DNA of 63,412 nucleotides, from contig JAGLPV010000044.1 in NCBI GenBank assembly GCA_023137195.1, positions 1-63,412 of the forward strand. The letters run 5' to 3'. Numbering within the stretch: the first letter of the stretch is position 1; the number at the start of each line of letters is the position of its first letter. Below are positions 50,104-59,484 of this stretch, in pieces. A program made the position numbers and the translations under genes. The notes beneath the pieces are model-generated. The model was given only the letters and a program-made list of their open reading frames with translations, did no database searches and was not told the origin of the DNA. This DNA is from Candidatus Aenigmatarchaeota archaeon. Lineage in GTDB: Archaea; EX4484-52.

Positions 50104-51309
50104 TTAATTAATTTTCCTTTTTATTCTTACTAGCGACAGAAACATTAGTCCCATAGACAGGAATATTGTCGGGACTTCAGGGATAGGAAGGTAATCTTGG
50201 CTATTTCCACCAGGTATATTGTATGGTATATCTCCAAAACCATCTCCGTCTGTATCCGTAAAATTATAGTCTGAATAGTAATTTCCTCCTATGTATGGTC
50301 CGCCAATTATATTTGGTCCTGTTGAATTTGTTGTGTTCCAGAAGTTATTTCCGGAATCATAGGCATTGTTTGTGTTGTTCATGTAATTGTTGTATAGTTG
50401 ATTACTGTTTGAAGAATACAAATAGATGCCGTAATTATTATTTGAGTTTGCAGTGTTGGAGGAAAGAATGTTGTTGCTCGAATACCACGAGGAGATGCCA
50501 TGGTTATTATTTGAATTTGCTGTGTTGCATGAAAGAATGGTGTTATCTGAATACCACAAGTAGATGCCGTGGTAATTATTTGAGTTTACAGCGTTGTCTG
50601 AGAGGGCATTGTTGTCAGAATGAAACAAGTAGATGCCACCATAATTATTTAATCCCTCGTAATTATTTGAGTTTGCGGTGTTATTTAGAATGTTATTGTT
50701 ATCTGAATACTCCATGCGGATACCCTGGTATTTATTTGAGTTTACTGCGTTGCCTGAAAGAATGTTGTTGCTTGAAGAATATAGATGGATGCCTTCACCG
50801 TTTAGGTTTACAGTGTTATTTATGATACTATTGTCATTGGCGGAAGAATATGCTCGTATACCATAAGCATTATTTAATACGGTGTTTGTTGAAACAGTAT
50901 TATTGTTTGAATTCATTATATGGATGCCATACATATTATGAAATGCATTGTTATTTAGAAGCAGGTTGTTGTTTGCCTTTTTTAGATAAATTCCATAATA
51001 CCAATCTGTTACAACACAGTTCTTTATAGTAATATTTGTATTGGATTGCGAATTTCGATTTATGTAAATTCCAGAGCTACTGGTCGAATCCACTCCATCA
51101 ATTATATTATTTTTACAGTCTAAAACAACATTGTCTGCTGTTATGTTTATGCATGTTGCATCAGTGGAATTGGTTATGTTCAATCTTAGATTATATACCC
51201 CGCTTGTGCTTATTGTTGTGCATGAACCGATAAGATGGATAGCATTAGCATTTTGCACAAGCAAAAGGCATGTTATCAAAACAGTTATTGTAATTGTTGT
51301 TTTTTTCAT
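50104..51309 (-). CDS. Secreted beta-helix (NosD/CASH) protein, paralog, with PEV-type tail
   Basis: Same architecture with 23-aa tandem coils; IPEVPTIFLSMGLMFLSLVRIKRKIN. Confidence 0.85.
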   Translation of the reverse strand: MKKTTITITVLITCLLLVQNANAIHLIGSCTTISTSGVYNLRLNITNSTDATCINITADNVVLDCKNNIIDGVDSTSSSGIYINRNSQSNTNITIKNCVVTDWYYGIYLKKANNNLLLNNNAFHNMYGIHIMNSNNNTVSTNTVLNNAYGIRAYSSANDNSIINNTVNLNGEGIHLYSSSNNILSGNAVNSNKYQGIRMEYSDNNNILNNTANSNNYEGLNNYGGIYLFHSDNNALSDNAVNSNNYHGIYLWYSDNTILSCNTANSNNNHGISSWYSSNNILSSNTANSNNNYGIYLYSSNSNQLYNNYMNNTNNAYDSGNNFWNTTNSTGPNIIGGPYIGGNYYSDYNFTDTDGDGFGDIPYNIPGGNSQDYLPIPEVPTIFLSMGLMFLSLVRIKRKIN

Positions 51310-51310
51310 T

Positions 51311-53653
51311 TTATTCGCCAAACTTATTTTTTATTCTGAGCATTGACAAAAACATTAGTCCTATTGACAGAAATATTGTCGGGACTTCCGGTATCACCAT
51401 CAGAGGATAATTGTCCTGGTTGTTTCCTGTTCCTGTAATGTTATATGGCGTATCTCCGAATCCATCTCCATTATTGTCTGTTCCATTATAGTCTGAAAAA
51501 TAATTTCCGCTTATGTTTTGTCCGCCTACGATATTTGGTCCAGGTTGGATTGTTCCTGTGTTCCAGAAAGTGTCCCCTCCATCTTCTGCATTAATGGTAT
51601 TGCCCGAGAAGTAGTTGTTGTAAATTAGGTTTGGATTGTCGCAACTGGGTGTAATAGAAAGACCATTATCATTGAGGGTTATTGTATTGTCATTTATATT
51701 ATTGTTGTTTGAAGACGCTTCTAATCTTAGTCCATATTCATTGTCGTATATTTCATTATATGCAATTTTATTATGACTGCTTTTGCCAAGGAATATTCCT
51801 TTTCCTGTGTTGGAATATATTTTGTTATTCAGGATATGACCGCTGTTTGCATTATAGTATTTGATGCCGTGAGTCCAGTCGCGGATTGTGCAGTTGTGAA
51901 CAAGAGTATCGTTGTTATTAGAATAGATTCCATGAGTTGTTGTAGTTGTGTCTGTTCCGTCAATGATGTGGTTTTGGCAATATAAATTCACATTGTTTGC
52001 TGTTATTTCAATGCATCTGTCCGTATTCGAGTTAAGAATATTTCCGGTTAGGTGATATGTTGCTCCTGCTTTGTTCAATACGCTACAGTCTGATATATAA
52101 TAAGTAAGTATGTTTACATTCAGAATTCTTGTCTCAGAACTGTTTGCAATACCAAGCCCATTTTCCCAGCATTCTATATTCCAGGAATAAGTTCCATCTG
52201 GTAAATTGTGAGTCATTGTCGTTGGCGTTGCATTTACGGCATTTGTGGAACTTTCAACAGTTCCGTCTATTATGAGGTTACATGTTGAATTTTCTGAAAT
52301 CTGGTTGTATACTGTAAAATTAAATGTTGTCTTGTTGCTGTTTTCTGTGTGGTTGTTTGACGGGCTGTTTAGGACAATGCTTGGCTTTAGATTGGGTGGG
52401 TTTACAGTATCTACGTAATTGACATAATCTGTTACATTGCATTCATTGAAACCAACTTTAAAGTATCCATCTCCATTCCATGTGGAGCCCCAGCTGTTCT
52501 TTATAATCCAGTAGCTTGTTGTGTCATTTCCTGTGTCGTTGTATCCTGTTAAAACAACGGCATGATTCAAATCGCCATCTTCATTGCAACGATAAATATT
52601 ATCTCCATCAAAACCATCTCCATCACCAAAATCCATTGCAATCGGAAGAGGACCATAATCTCTTGTCCAGTTTTTGAGTTCGTCGTTTGGAAAACCATAC
52701 CAGTAGACACCATAATTACCGCCGGATAAATTCCATAACCTTGTGTTCCAGTCAGAACATCTGCCATTACAATTGCTGTTTGAAGCAGTATATGGAAAAC
52801 AGGATTCATCAGAAATTCCATCCTCTTTTATATAATCAAGAGCCAAAATTTCATTTCCACCACCACAATCTCCACAATAATTACAACAGCTGGAAACAAG
52901 ATATTGCTCTGCTAAATCCGGATTTAATAGTGAATTATCCTGATTGATATTGTATTTTGCCTCTACTGCTCCATTAGCAGAAAAAGCCCAGCAACTTCCG
53001 CAACTTGCCTGATCCTTTACAGGACTCATCCAGTCTTCATTATTGTGAGTTCTCCAGTCATAATAATCGTCGTCGTTAGTGCCAATCTTAAGAGAAGAAA
53101 CGCTCAAAGAATTATCTTTGATTTCCTTTGCTTTTGTTAAATCCGGCTTGAAATTCGGTCTGCTTATTTTTTCATCTAAACTCATCATTTCTGTCATAGA
53201 GATTATGTTATATTCATCGACGAAATTGGAGGTAGTAGTTGTAAACTCTTTGTTTTTGGGAACGCATACAGCATGCTCCAGAGAATAAGAATTTCCTGTT
53301 TTTACTGTTTTGATGTCATAACCCTGCTTTGCACAATAAGAGAATTCCTGCCCGGTCTTGCCGTTGAAAAAATCCCATGCATTGAATTTTGCATTGTTTG
53401 AAACGATGCAGACTCCTTCCTGTTCTCCATCACCGTTTGTTTTTACTTCGTAATTATAACCCATCTCTGTGCAGTAAACTGCCGATGGATTGGACATTCC
53501 AAAAGATATGCCTGATGAAAATATCATTATGCAAATTACTGCCACTAACCCAAACAATAGATTTTTTAGGTGTCCTGAAGCATCACTTGAAAAAGAAAAA
53601 ACTTTTCGTGTTTTTTCTGCATTAAATCCTGTTTTTACTATTCTGTTTTCCAT
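51311..53653 (-). CDS. Secreted papain-like (C1A) cysteine peptidase with DUF333-like, Ig-like and beta-helix domains and PEV-type tail
   Basis: NPSAVYC (DUF333-like), QASCGSCWAF, NHAV, KNSWG, beta-helix, IPEVPT tail. Confidence 0.88.
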   Translation of the reverse strand: MENRIVKTGFNAEKTRKVFSFSSDASGHLKNLLFGLVAVICIMIFSSGISFGMSNPSAVYCTEMGYNYEVKTNGDGEQEGVCIVSNNAKFNAWDFFNGKTGQEFSYCAKQGYDIKTVKTGNSYSLEHAVCVPKNKEFTTTTSNFVDEYNIISMTEMMSLDEKISRPNFKPDLTKAKEIKDNSLSVSSLKIGTNDDDYYDWRTHNNEDWMSPVKDQASCGSCWAFSANGAVEAKYNINQDNSLLNPDLAEQYLVSSCCNYCGDCGGGNEILALDYIKEDGISDESCFPYTASNSNCNGRCSDWNTRLWNLSGGNYGVYWYGFPNDELKNWTRDYGPLPIAMDFGDGDGFDGDNIYRCNEDGDLNHAVVLTGYNDTGNDTTSYWIIKNSWGSTWNGDGYFKVGFNECNVTDYVNYVDTVNPPNLKPSIVLNSPSNNHTENSNKTTFNFTVYNQISENSTCNLIIDGTVESSTNAVNATPTTMTHNLPDGTYSWNIECWENGLGIANSSETRILNVNILTYYISDCSVLNKAGATYHLTGNILNSNTDRCIEITANNVNLYCQNHIIDGTDTTTTTHGIYSNNNDTLVHNCTIRDWTHGIKYYNANSGHILNNKIYSNTGKGIFLGKSSHNKIAYNEIYDNEYGLRLEASSNNNNINDNTITLNDNGLSITPSCDNPNLIYNNYFSGNTINAEDGGDTFWNTGTIQPGPNIVGGQNISGNYFSDYNGTDNNGDGFGDTPYNITGTGNNQDNYPLMVIPEVPTIFLSIGLMFLSMLRIKNKFGE

Positions 53654-53772
53654 TTTATCAATAATTTAACAATTAGTTTATTTAAGCGTAGATAAATTTA
53701 AATATCTATTCTGTGGTTAAAAGCCAGTTTATATGGTTTATAAGCTATTTTAAAAGATACATGTTTTATTCA

Positions 53773-54780
53773 TTAAAATCGTCCGTCTATAACATGTCCG
53801 CAGAATTTGCATTTTGAATTAACAATATTGTTTTCTTCTATTAGGTATCTGCTTCTTTTTATTATTGTTTTTTTGCAGTTTGGGCAAATTGTGTTTTCTC
53901 CGTCTTTCGTATCTGTGTTGCCAATATACACATATTTTAGTCCTGTATCAAGAGCTGTTTGTTTTGCTTTTATTAGGGTTTCCGGGTTGGTTGGGGGAAT
54001 ATCAGCCATTTTATAGCACGGGAAAAATGCAGAAATATGGAACGGGACTTCTGCGCCCAGTTCCTGTCTAATAAATGTTGCGATGTTTTTCATCTCTTCG
54101 GGGGAGTCGTTTTTTGTTGGGATGATAAGGGTTGTTACTTCAAGCCAGATGTTTGTTTTTGCGACCAGTTTTAATGAGTCAAGGACACCGTCTAATTTTG
54201 CCCCGACTATTTTGGAATAAAATTCCTTGTTGAATGATTTTAAGTCTATGTTGATTGCGTCTAAATAGGGTTTGATTAATTCAAGAGTTTCGGAAGAAAA
54301 ATACCCGTTGCTTACAAATATGTTTTTTATGTTGTTTTTTTTGGCAAGCTTCATGCAGTCGAGAGCGTATTCTGCAAATATTGTCGGCTCATTGTAGGTG
54401 TATGCTATTGATTGGCAATCGTGTTTTTTTGCAAGTTCTATGATTTCCTCTGGTGTTATGTCTTCCTGCGGGACATTGAAACCTTCTTTTGGTGCTTGAG
54501 AAGAAGTGTAGTTCTGGCAAAATAAGCACCTGAAATTACAGCCGATTGTTCCAAAGGACAGAACCGGAGTGCCGGGATAAAAATGAAACAGGGGCTTTTT
54601 TTCTATTGGGTCAATTCCAATGCCTGTTGTTTTCCCCCAGACAGTAGAATATAATACTCCTTTTTTGTTTAGCCTTACGCCGCAAATTCCTGTTTTGCCT
54701 TCTGGAATCATGCAGTTATGGCGACACAAATGGCATTGTATAAAACTGTTTTTTTTCTCCCACAAAATTGCTTTTTTCAT
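53773..54780 (-). CDS. amrS: AmmeMemoRadiSam system radical SAM enzyme
   Basis: CHLCRHNC, DPIEKKPLFHFYPG, GCNFRCLFCQN, YTYNEPT, C-terminal Cys pairs. Confidence 0.92.
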   Translation of the reverse strand: MKKAILWEKKNSFIQCHLCRHNCMIPEGKTGICGVRLNKKGVLYSTVWGKTTGIGIDPIEKKPLFHFYPGTPVLSFGTIGCNFRCLFCQNYTSSQAPKEGFNVPQEDITPEEIIELAKKHDCQSIAYTYNEPTIFAEYALDCMKLAKKNNIKNIFVSNGYFSSETLELIKPYLDAINIDLKSFNKEFYSKIVGAKLDGVLDSLKLVAKTNIWLEVTTLIIPTKNDSPEEMKNIATFIRQELGAEVPFHISAFFPCYKMADIPPTNPETLIKAKQTALDTGLKYVYIGNTDTKDGENTICPNCKKTIIKRSRYLIEENNIVNSKCKFCGHVIDGRF

Positions 54781-54862
54781 ACATTTATATACATTTAAGA
54801 TTTATATATTGTTAGGGAAACAGACCAATACAATTTTAAAATTCTCCTGAAATTAATATTAT

Positions 54863-55822
54863 ATGAGATTTCCTTTCTTCAAAACAAAAAAACAAATGCC
54901 TGTACCTGTATCTAAAGAAGAAATGCAAAAAGAAAAAATTAAGGATGCTCTCAAGAAACTAAGAAAAATAGAGATTAAAACAAAAAATCCCGTTGACTCT
55001 CTTTTTTGCGGTGCATATCACTCTGTCTTTAAAGGTAGAGGTATTGAATTTAGTGAAGTCCGGCAGTATTGCCCCGGCGATGATGTCAGGTCTATTGACT
55101 GGAATGTCAGCGCAAGGATGAATGATATATATATCAAGGAATTTACAGAAGAAAGAGAATTGAATGTTGTTATTCTTTTTGATGTTTCTGCAAGCAGTAA
55201 TTTTGGTTCAGGGTATGACACAAAGAGAAATATTGCTGCTGAAATTATCGCATCTGTGGTGTTTTCTGCAATAAAGAACAATGACAGGGTTGCTTTGTGT
55301 TTGGCGACAAACAAGATTGAAAAATACATAAAATTTGGAAAATCAAGAAAACACGCGATGCGGATTTTAAGGGATCTGCTTTTATTTGAGCCAAAGGAAA
55401 ATACGACGGATCTTGTTCCGGTCATAAAATCATTGTTTTCTATCTTAAAGCAAAAGAGCATAATATTTGTTGTATCTGATTTTATTGGAGATCTGGATAA
55501 ACTAAAGATGCCGATGAGAATTCTTGGGATAAAGCATGATGTTGTAGGGATTGCATTAAATGATGAGAGGGAGAGAGTTTTCGAGGATTATGGAATTGCA
55601 GTGTTTGAGGATTATGAGACAGGAGAACAGGTTACGATAAATACAAATGATGAAGTTTTTAGGGAGAATTATAAAAAAATCACAAATGAGCATTACGACA
55701 AACTGTGCGATATGTTTAAAAAAAATAAGGCAGGTTTAATATTATTAGATGCCAATAAGAGCTGGCAGACGTCGTTGATAAAGTTTTTCAAGGCAAGGGG
55801 GAAAAGTAGAAAATGGATTTAA
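54863..55822 (+). CDS. DUF58 domain protein (MoxR-associated)
   Basis: G.YHSVFKGRGIEFSEVRQY.PGDDVRSIDWNVSAR, DVSAS, SDF. Confidence 0.92.
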   Translation: MRFPFFKTKKQMPVPVSKEEMQKEKIKDALKKLRKIEIKTKNPVDSLFCGAYHSVFKGRGIEFSEVRQYCPGDDVRSIDWNVSARMNDIYIKEFTEERELNVVILFDVSASSNFGSGYDTKRNIAAEIIASVVFSAIKNNDRVALCLATNKIEKYIKFGKSRKHAMRILRDLLLFEPKENTTDLVPVIKSLFSILKQKSIIFVVSDFIGDLDKLKMPMRILGIKHDVVGIALNDERERVFEDYGIAVFEDYETGEQVTINTNDEVFRENYKKITNEHYDKLCDMFKKNKAGLILLDANKSWQTSLIKFFKARGKSRKWI

Positions 55823-56778
55823 GATTTATACATTATGCATGGCTTGTCGCGGCATTTGTAGTTTTGGTTGGAGGATATTTTCTGTTTAAGTATATTGAAA
55901 AAAACAAGAAGAAAACTGCGGTGAAATTTAGCAGTATTTTTTTCCTGAAAAAAGCAGCAGGGGAAAGTCATATAAAAAAGATGAAAAGACGGCACAATAT
56001 GATTTTTTTCATGGAAATATTTGTCGTGGTGCTTTTGCTGGTTTCTCTTGCAGATCCTCATCTGCCTTTGAAGCAGTCGAAAAAAGGGATTAATATTGTT
56101 CTTGTGATTGATACTTCAGGGAGTATGAATGCGCAGGACTATAAGCCAAATAGACTGGAGTCTGCAAAAAAGGCAGCTTCCACACTTTTAGAACATCTGA
56201 AGCCGGAGGACTATGTTGGCATTGTTACGTTTTCTTCCGGCACAAGAACTGTGTGTTACCTGACTCCACAGAAGAGCAGGGTGGAGGAAAAGATGGATTC
56301 AATAAAAACTGCTGAAGGACAGACTGCTGTTGGTGATGGTTTGGCTCTAGGGGTGGAGATGGTCTCTAGCATTCCTAACAAGAAGAGAGTGGTTGTGCTT
56401 TTGACTGATGGTGTGAGTAATACCGGGATTTTCTCCCCGGGTGATGCGGCAAAGTTGGCAAAGACAAACAAAGTACAGGTGTATACGATTGGTCTTGGCT
56501 CAGACCAGCCAGTCATACTTGGTCACGACTGGTTTGGAAGACCGCAATATGCTGAACTTGACGAGGCGACATTGTTGTCGATTGCAAAAGAGACGGGCGG
56601 GACATATTATAAATCTGTGGATGATAAAACATTGAACCAGATATATGATTCTCTTCCAAAAGAGATAGAGAGGGAAAAGGAAGATGTATCTGTCAAGAAC
56701 TGGGCAATTGGTTTGGCAATAGTTGGTTTGCTTGTTATATTATATATGAGGTATGGGAAGAAGAGGATTTTGATTTAA
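55813..56778 (+). CDS. BatA-like membrane VWA protein
   Basis: N-terminal TM helices, DTSGSM, TAVGDGL, LLTDG, DEATL..IA..TGG.Y. Confidence 0.9.
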   Translation: MDLRFIHYAWLVAAFVVLVGGYFLFKYIEKNKKKTAVKFSSIFFLKKAAGESHIKKMKRRHNMIFFMEIFVVVLLLVSLADPHLPLKQSKKGINIVLVIDTSGSMNAQDYKPNRLESAKKAASTLLEHLKPEDYVGIVTFSSGTRTVCYLTPQKSRVEEKMDSIKTAEGQTAVGDGLALGVEMVSSIPNKKRVVVLLTDGVSNTGIFSPGDAAKLAKTNKVQVYTIGLGSDQPVILGHDWFGRPQYAELDEATLLSIAKETGGTYYKSVDDKTLNQIYDSLPKEIEREKEDVSVKNWAIGLAIVGLLVILYMRYGKKRILI

Positions 56779-58056
56779 TCAAGATTCCTTCTCATCGTAA
56801 ATCTTAAACACACAAAAAGGACCGCACATTGAGCAATAATCTGCTTTTTTTAAATCCGGGTTTTTTTCGCATTCCTGCCTTCGTAATTCAAGAAATTTCT
56901 TTTTGTCGATTGCGCATTCTGACATTTCCTGCCAGTTTATTTCTTCTCTTGCATGAGCCATTTTATTGTCTCTTGAAATTGCTTGTTTGTTTCCCTTGGC
57001 AATGTCTGCGATATGGGCGGCAATTTTTGTTACAACTACTCCTTCTCTTACATCGTCAATATCGGGCAGACCTATGTGCTCTTTTGGAGTGACATAGCAG
57101 AGGAAATCTGCTCCTTTTGATGCTGCTAAAGCTCCACCTATTGCGCAGGCGATGTGGTCGTATCCTGTTGCAATATCCGTCGGGAGGGGACCGAGCACAT
57201 AGAAAGGAGAATTATTGCAGTATTTTTTTTCCAGTTCCATATTTTTTTCTATTTCGTTCAATGGAATGTGACCTGGTCCTTCAATCATTACCTGCACTCC
57301 TTTTTGTCTTGTTCTTTCTGCTAGTTCTCCCAGGATTTTGAGTTCATGAATCTGGGCTTCATCTGTTGCATCAGCAATGCATCCCGGGCGCATCCCGTCG
57401 CCTAAACTTATGGTGACATCGTATTTTTTTGCAATTTCCAGGATTTTATCATAATTCTCATACAAAAAATTTTCTTTTTGGTAGTATTTCATCCATGCTA
57501 ACAAAAAACTTCCCCCACGACTGACACATTTCATGAGTCTTTTTTTTATCAAAGGAAATATTGCTCTTGTTAGTCCGGCATGAACTGTTGCAAAATCAAC
57601 ACCGCTTTTGGCGTGCTTTTCAAAGACTTCAAGATAGGCGTCTATGTTGAGGTTTTCTACACTGCCTGCCTCTATCAGCGTCTGGTATATTGGAACAGTA
57701 CCAATAGGTACGGTACAATTTTCAATTATTCTATTTCTTATGTCCTCTACATCATTACTTGTGCTCAAATCCATCATTGTGTCTGCACCGGCTTCGACAG
57801 CTGTTTTTAGTTTTAGCAGTTCGTTGTCTAAATCAGACTTTGATTGGGATGTTCCTATATTTGCATTTACTTTTATTGTCAAATCTTTGCCGATTCCGAT
57901 TGCATTTAAGTTTTTGTGATTTATATTTGCAGGGATTACAATTTGTCCTTCTGCTATTTTGCTTCTCAGAACGTTAATATCTATGTTTTCTTCTTTTGCA
58001 ACTGTCTTCATTTCTTCTGTTGTTTTATTTTCCAGGGCATATTCTATTTGTGTCAT
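56779..58056 (-). CDS. thiC: Phosphomethylpyrimidine synthase ThiC
   Basis: KVNANIGTS, GTVPIYQ, VSRGGS, SLGDGMRPG, EGPGH, CSMCGPFC. Confidence 0.93.
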   Translation of the reverse strand: MTQIEYALENKTTEEMKTVAKEENIDINVLRSKIAEGQIVIPANINHKNLNAIGIGKDLTIKVNANIGTSQSKSDLDNELLKLKTAVEAGADTMMDLSTSNDVEDIRNRIIENCTVPIGTVPIYQTLIEAGSVENLNIDAYLEVFEKHAKSGVDFATVHAGLTRAIFPLIKKRLMKCVSRGGSFLLAWMKYYQKENFLYENYDKILEIAKKYDVTISLGDGMRPGCIADATDEAQIHELKILGELAERTRQKGVQVMIEGPGHIPLNEIEKNMELEKKYCNNSPFYVLGPLPTDIATGYDHIACAIGGALAASKGADFLCYVTPKEHIGLPDIDDVREGVVVTKIAAHIADIAKGNKQAISRDNKMAHAREEINWQEMSECAIDKKKFLELRRQECEKNPDLKKADYCSMCGPFCVFKIYDEKES

Positions 58057-58104
58057 AATATTCTTCCTTTGAATTATATGTTAGGAATCTTTTAATAAAA
58101 TAAG

Positions 58105-59484
58105 TTAATTTTTTATCTTTTTGATTAGTCCGTCAGCTGCAAGTATTCCTGTTGCAGATGCGTTGATTATGTCGCGGCTCAAACCCGCACCATCTCCTGC
58201 AACAAAAAGATTATCAATGCTTGTCTGGAGTATCTTATCGACATCAATTTTGATAGAATAGTATTTTATTTCAGGGGCGTACAATAGAGTGCTGTCTGAA
58301 TAAATTCCTGTAATTAAGTTGTTCAACTGTTTTAGAGCATCAACAATATCTGTCATGATTCTCCCAGGGAGTATCATGGATACGTCTCCTGCTGTAAATT
58401 CTTTCAATGTCGGCGATACTAAATTGTTTTGCAGGTATTCTGCTCTTGTCCTGCGTCCTTTGAGTAAATCTCCCAACCTTTGCAGTGTGACTTTTCCTCC
58501 GCCTGTGGTGGTTGCAAGTTTGGCGATGTTTTCACCGTAGTCATTTGCATTTTCTAATGGCTCGGTCAGGAGGACATTTATCAGTAAAGCGAAATTTGTA
58601 TTCTGTGATTTTTCGTATTTTTTTGAATGCCCGTTTACGCCAATATAGTTGTCATATGTTTCCTTTACAACAAAACCAGATGGATTGGTGCAGAATGTTC
58701 TTGCAAAATCACCGTATGTTTTTGTTGCGATGTGAAGTTTTGGGTCATAATTTATTGATGTTATTTTTCTCATTATGCTGTCGCTTGTTTCAACGCGTAC
58801 GCCGATATCAATATATGAATAGTGTTTTTTTACTGAATGTTCTGTTGCTATCTGGTTCATTGTTCTTTGACCACTCCTACCCAGTGCAAGGACAACAAAG
58901 TCGGCGCAAATATTTATGTCTTCCTCACCATTTGAGAGGATTACTCCTCCGACAATTTTTTTGCCTTTTTCTTCCCTGACAATTATGTCCTTTACTTTTT
59001 TTTCGAGAATGAAATCCACGCCTTTTTTAATCAGGTCTTTTTTGAATTTAAAAATTACATCGGGCAGTCTGTCTGATCCAATATGCTTCTGGATGATAGG
59101 AATGTATTTTATATCGCACTGGGCGGCTTTTGTCTGGAGTTCAATTACCTCTTTTGCATCCAGTGCTTTTTTTACAGGAGCCCCGTACTTGACAAAAACT
59201 TTGTCTACGGTATCTATCAATTCATTTGCATGATCTTCGCTGAGGCAATAGTCTGTTAAATTTCCGCCGATATAAGGAGATAAATTAAGTTTGCCATCAC
59301 TTTTGCATCCTGCTCCGCCAACGCCTTCTAAAATATCGAGTCCCTTGTTTTCTCTCTTGAAAACATCTTTTCCCTTGTCCACAACAAGAACTTTTAGCTT
59401 TGTTTTTTCTGCTAGTTCGTGTGCGCAAAATAATCCCGCGGGTCCTGCGCCTACTATAACACAGTCGTATTTTTTATCTAACAT
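58105..59484 (-). CDS. Uncharacterized FAD-dependent oxidoreductase
   Basis: VGAGPAG, GVGGAG..SDGKL, RTFCTNP, YAPEIKYY, AGDGAG. Confidence 0.88.
   Translation of the reverse strand: MLDKKYDCVIVGAGPAGLFCAHELAEKTKLKVLVVDKGKDVFKRENKGLDILEGVGGAGCKSDGKLNLSPYIGGNLTDYCLSEDHANELIDTVDKVFVKYGAPVKKALDAKEVIELQTKAAQCDIKYIPIIQKHIGSDRLPDVIFKFKKDLIKKGVDFILEKKVKDIIVREEKGKKIVGGVILSNGEEDINICADFVVLALGRSGQRTMNQIATEHSVKKHYSYIDIGVRVETSDSIMRKITSINYDPKLHIATKTYGDFARTFCTNPSGFVVKETYDNYIGVNGHSKKYEKSQNTNFALLINVLLTEPLENANDYGENIAKLATTTGGGKVTLQRLGDLLKGRRTRAEYLQNNLVSPTLKEFTAGDVSMILPGRIMTDIVDALKQLNNLITGIYSDSTLLYAPEIKYYSIKIDVDKILQTSIDNLFVAGDGAGLSRDIINASATGILAADGLIKKIKN

Noticed and set aside
50430-50760. About 69-bp tandem DNA repeats
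   Set aside because: Explained by the 23-aa coils of the beta-helix protein.
54863-56778. DUF58 plus BatA-like pair as a novel system
   Set aside because: A well-known MoxR-associated module; the MoxR gene is simply not adjacent here.
58057-58104. TPP riboswitch upstream of thiC
   Set aside because: Only 48 nt of AT-rich spacer, with no riboswitch core motif.
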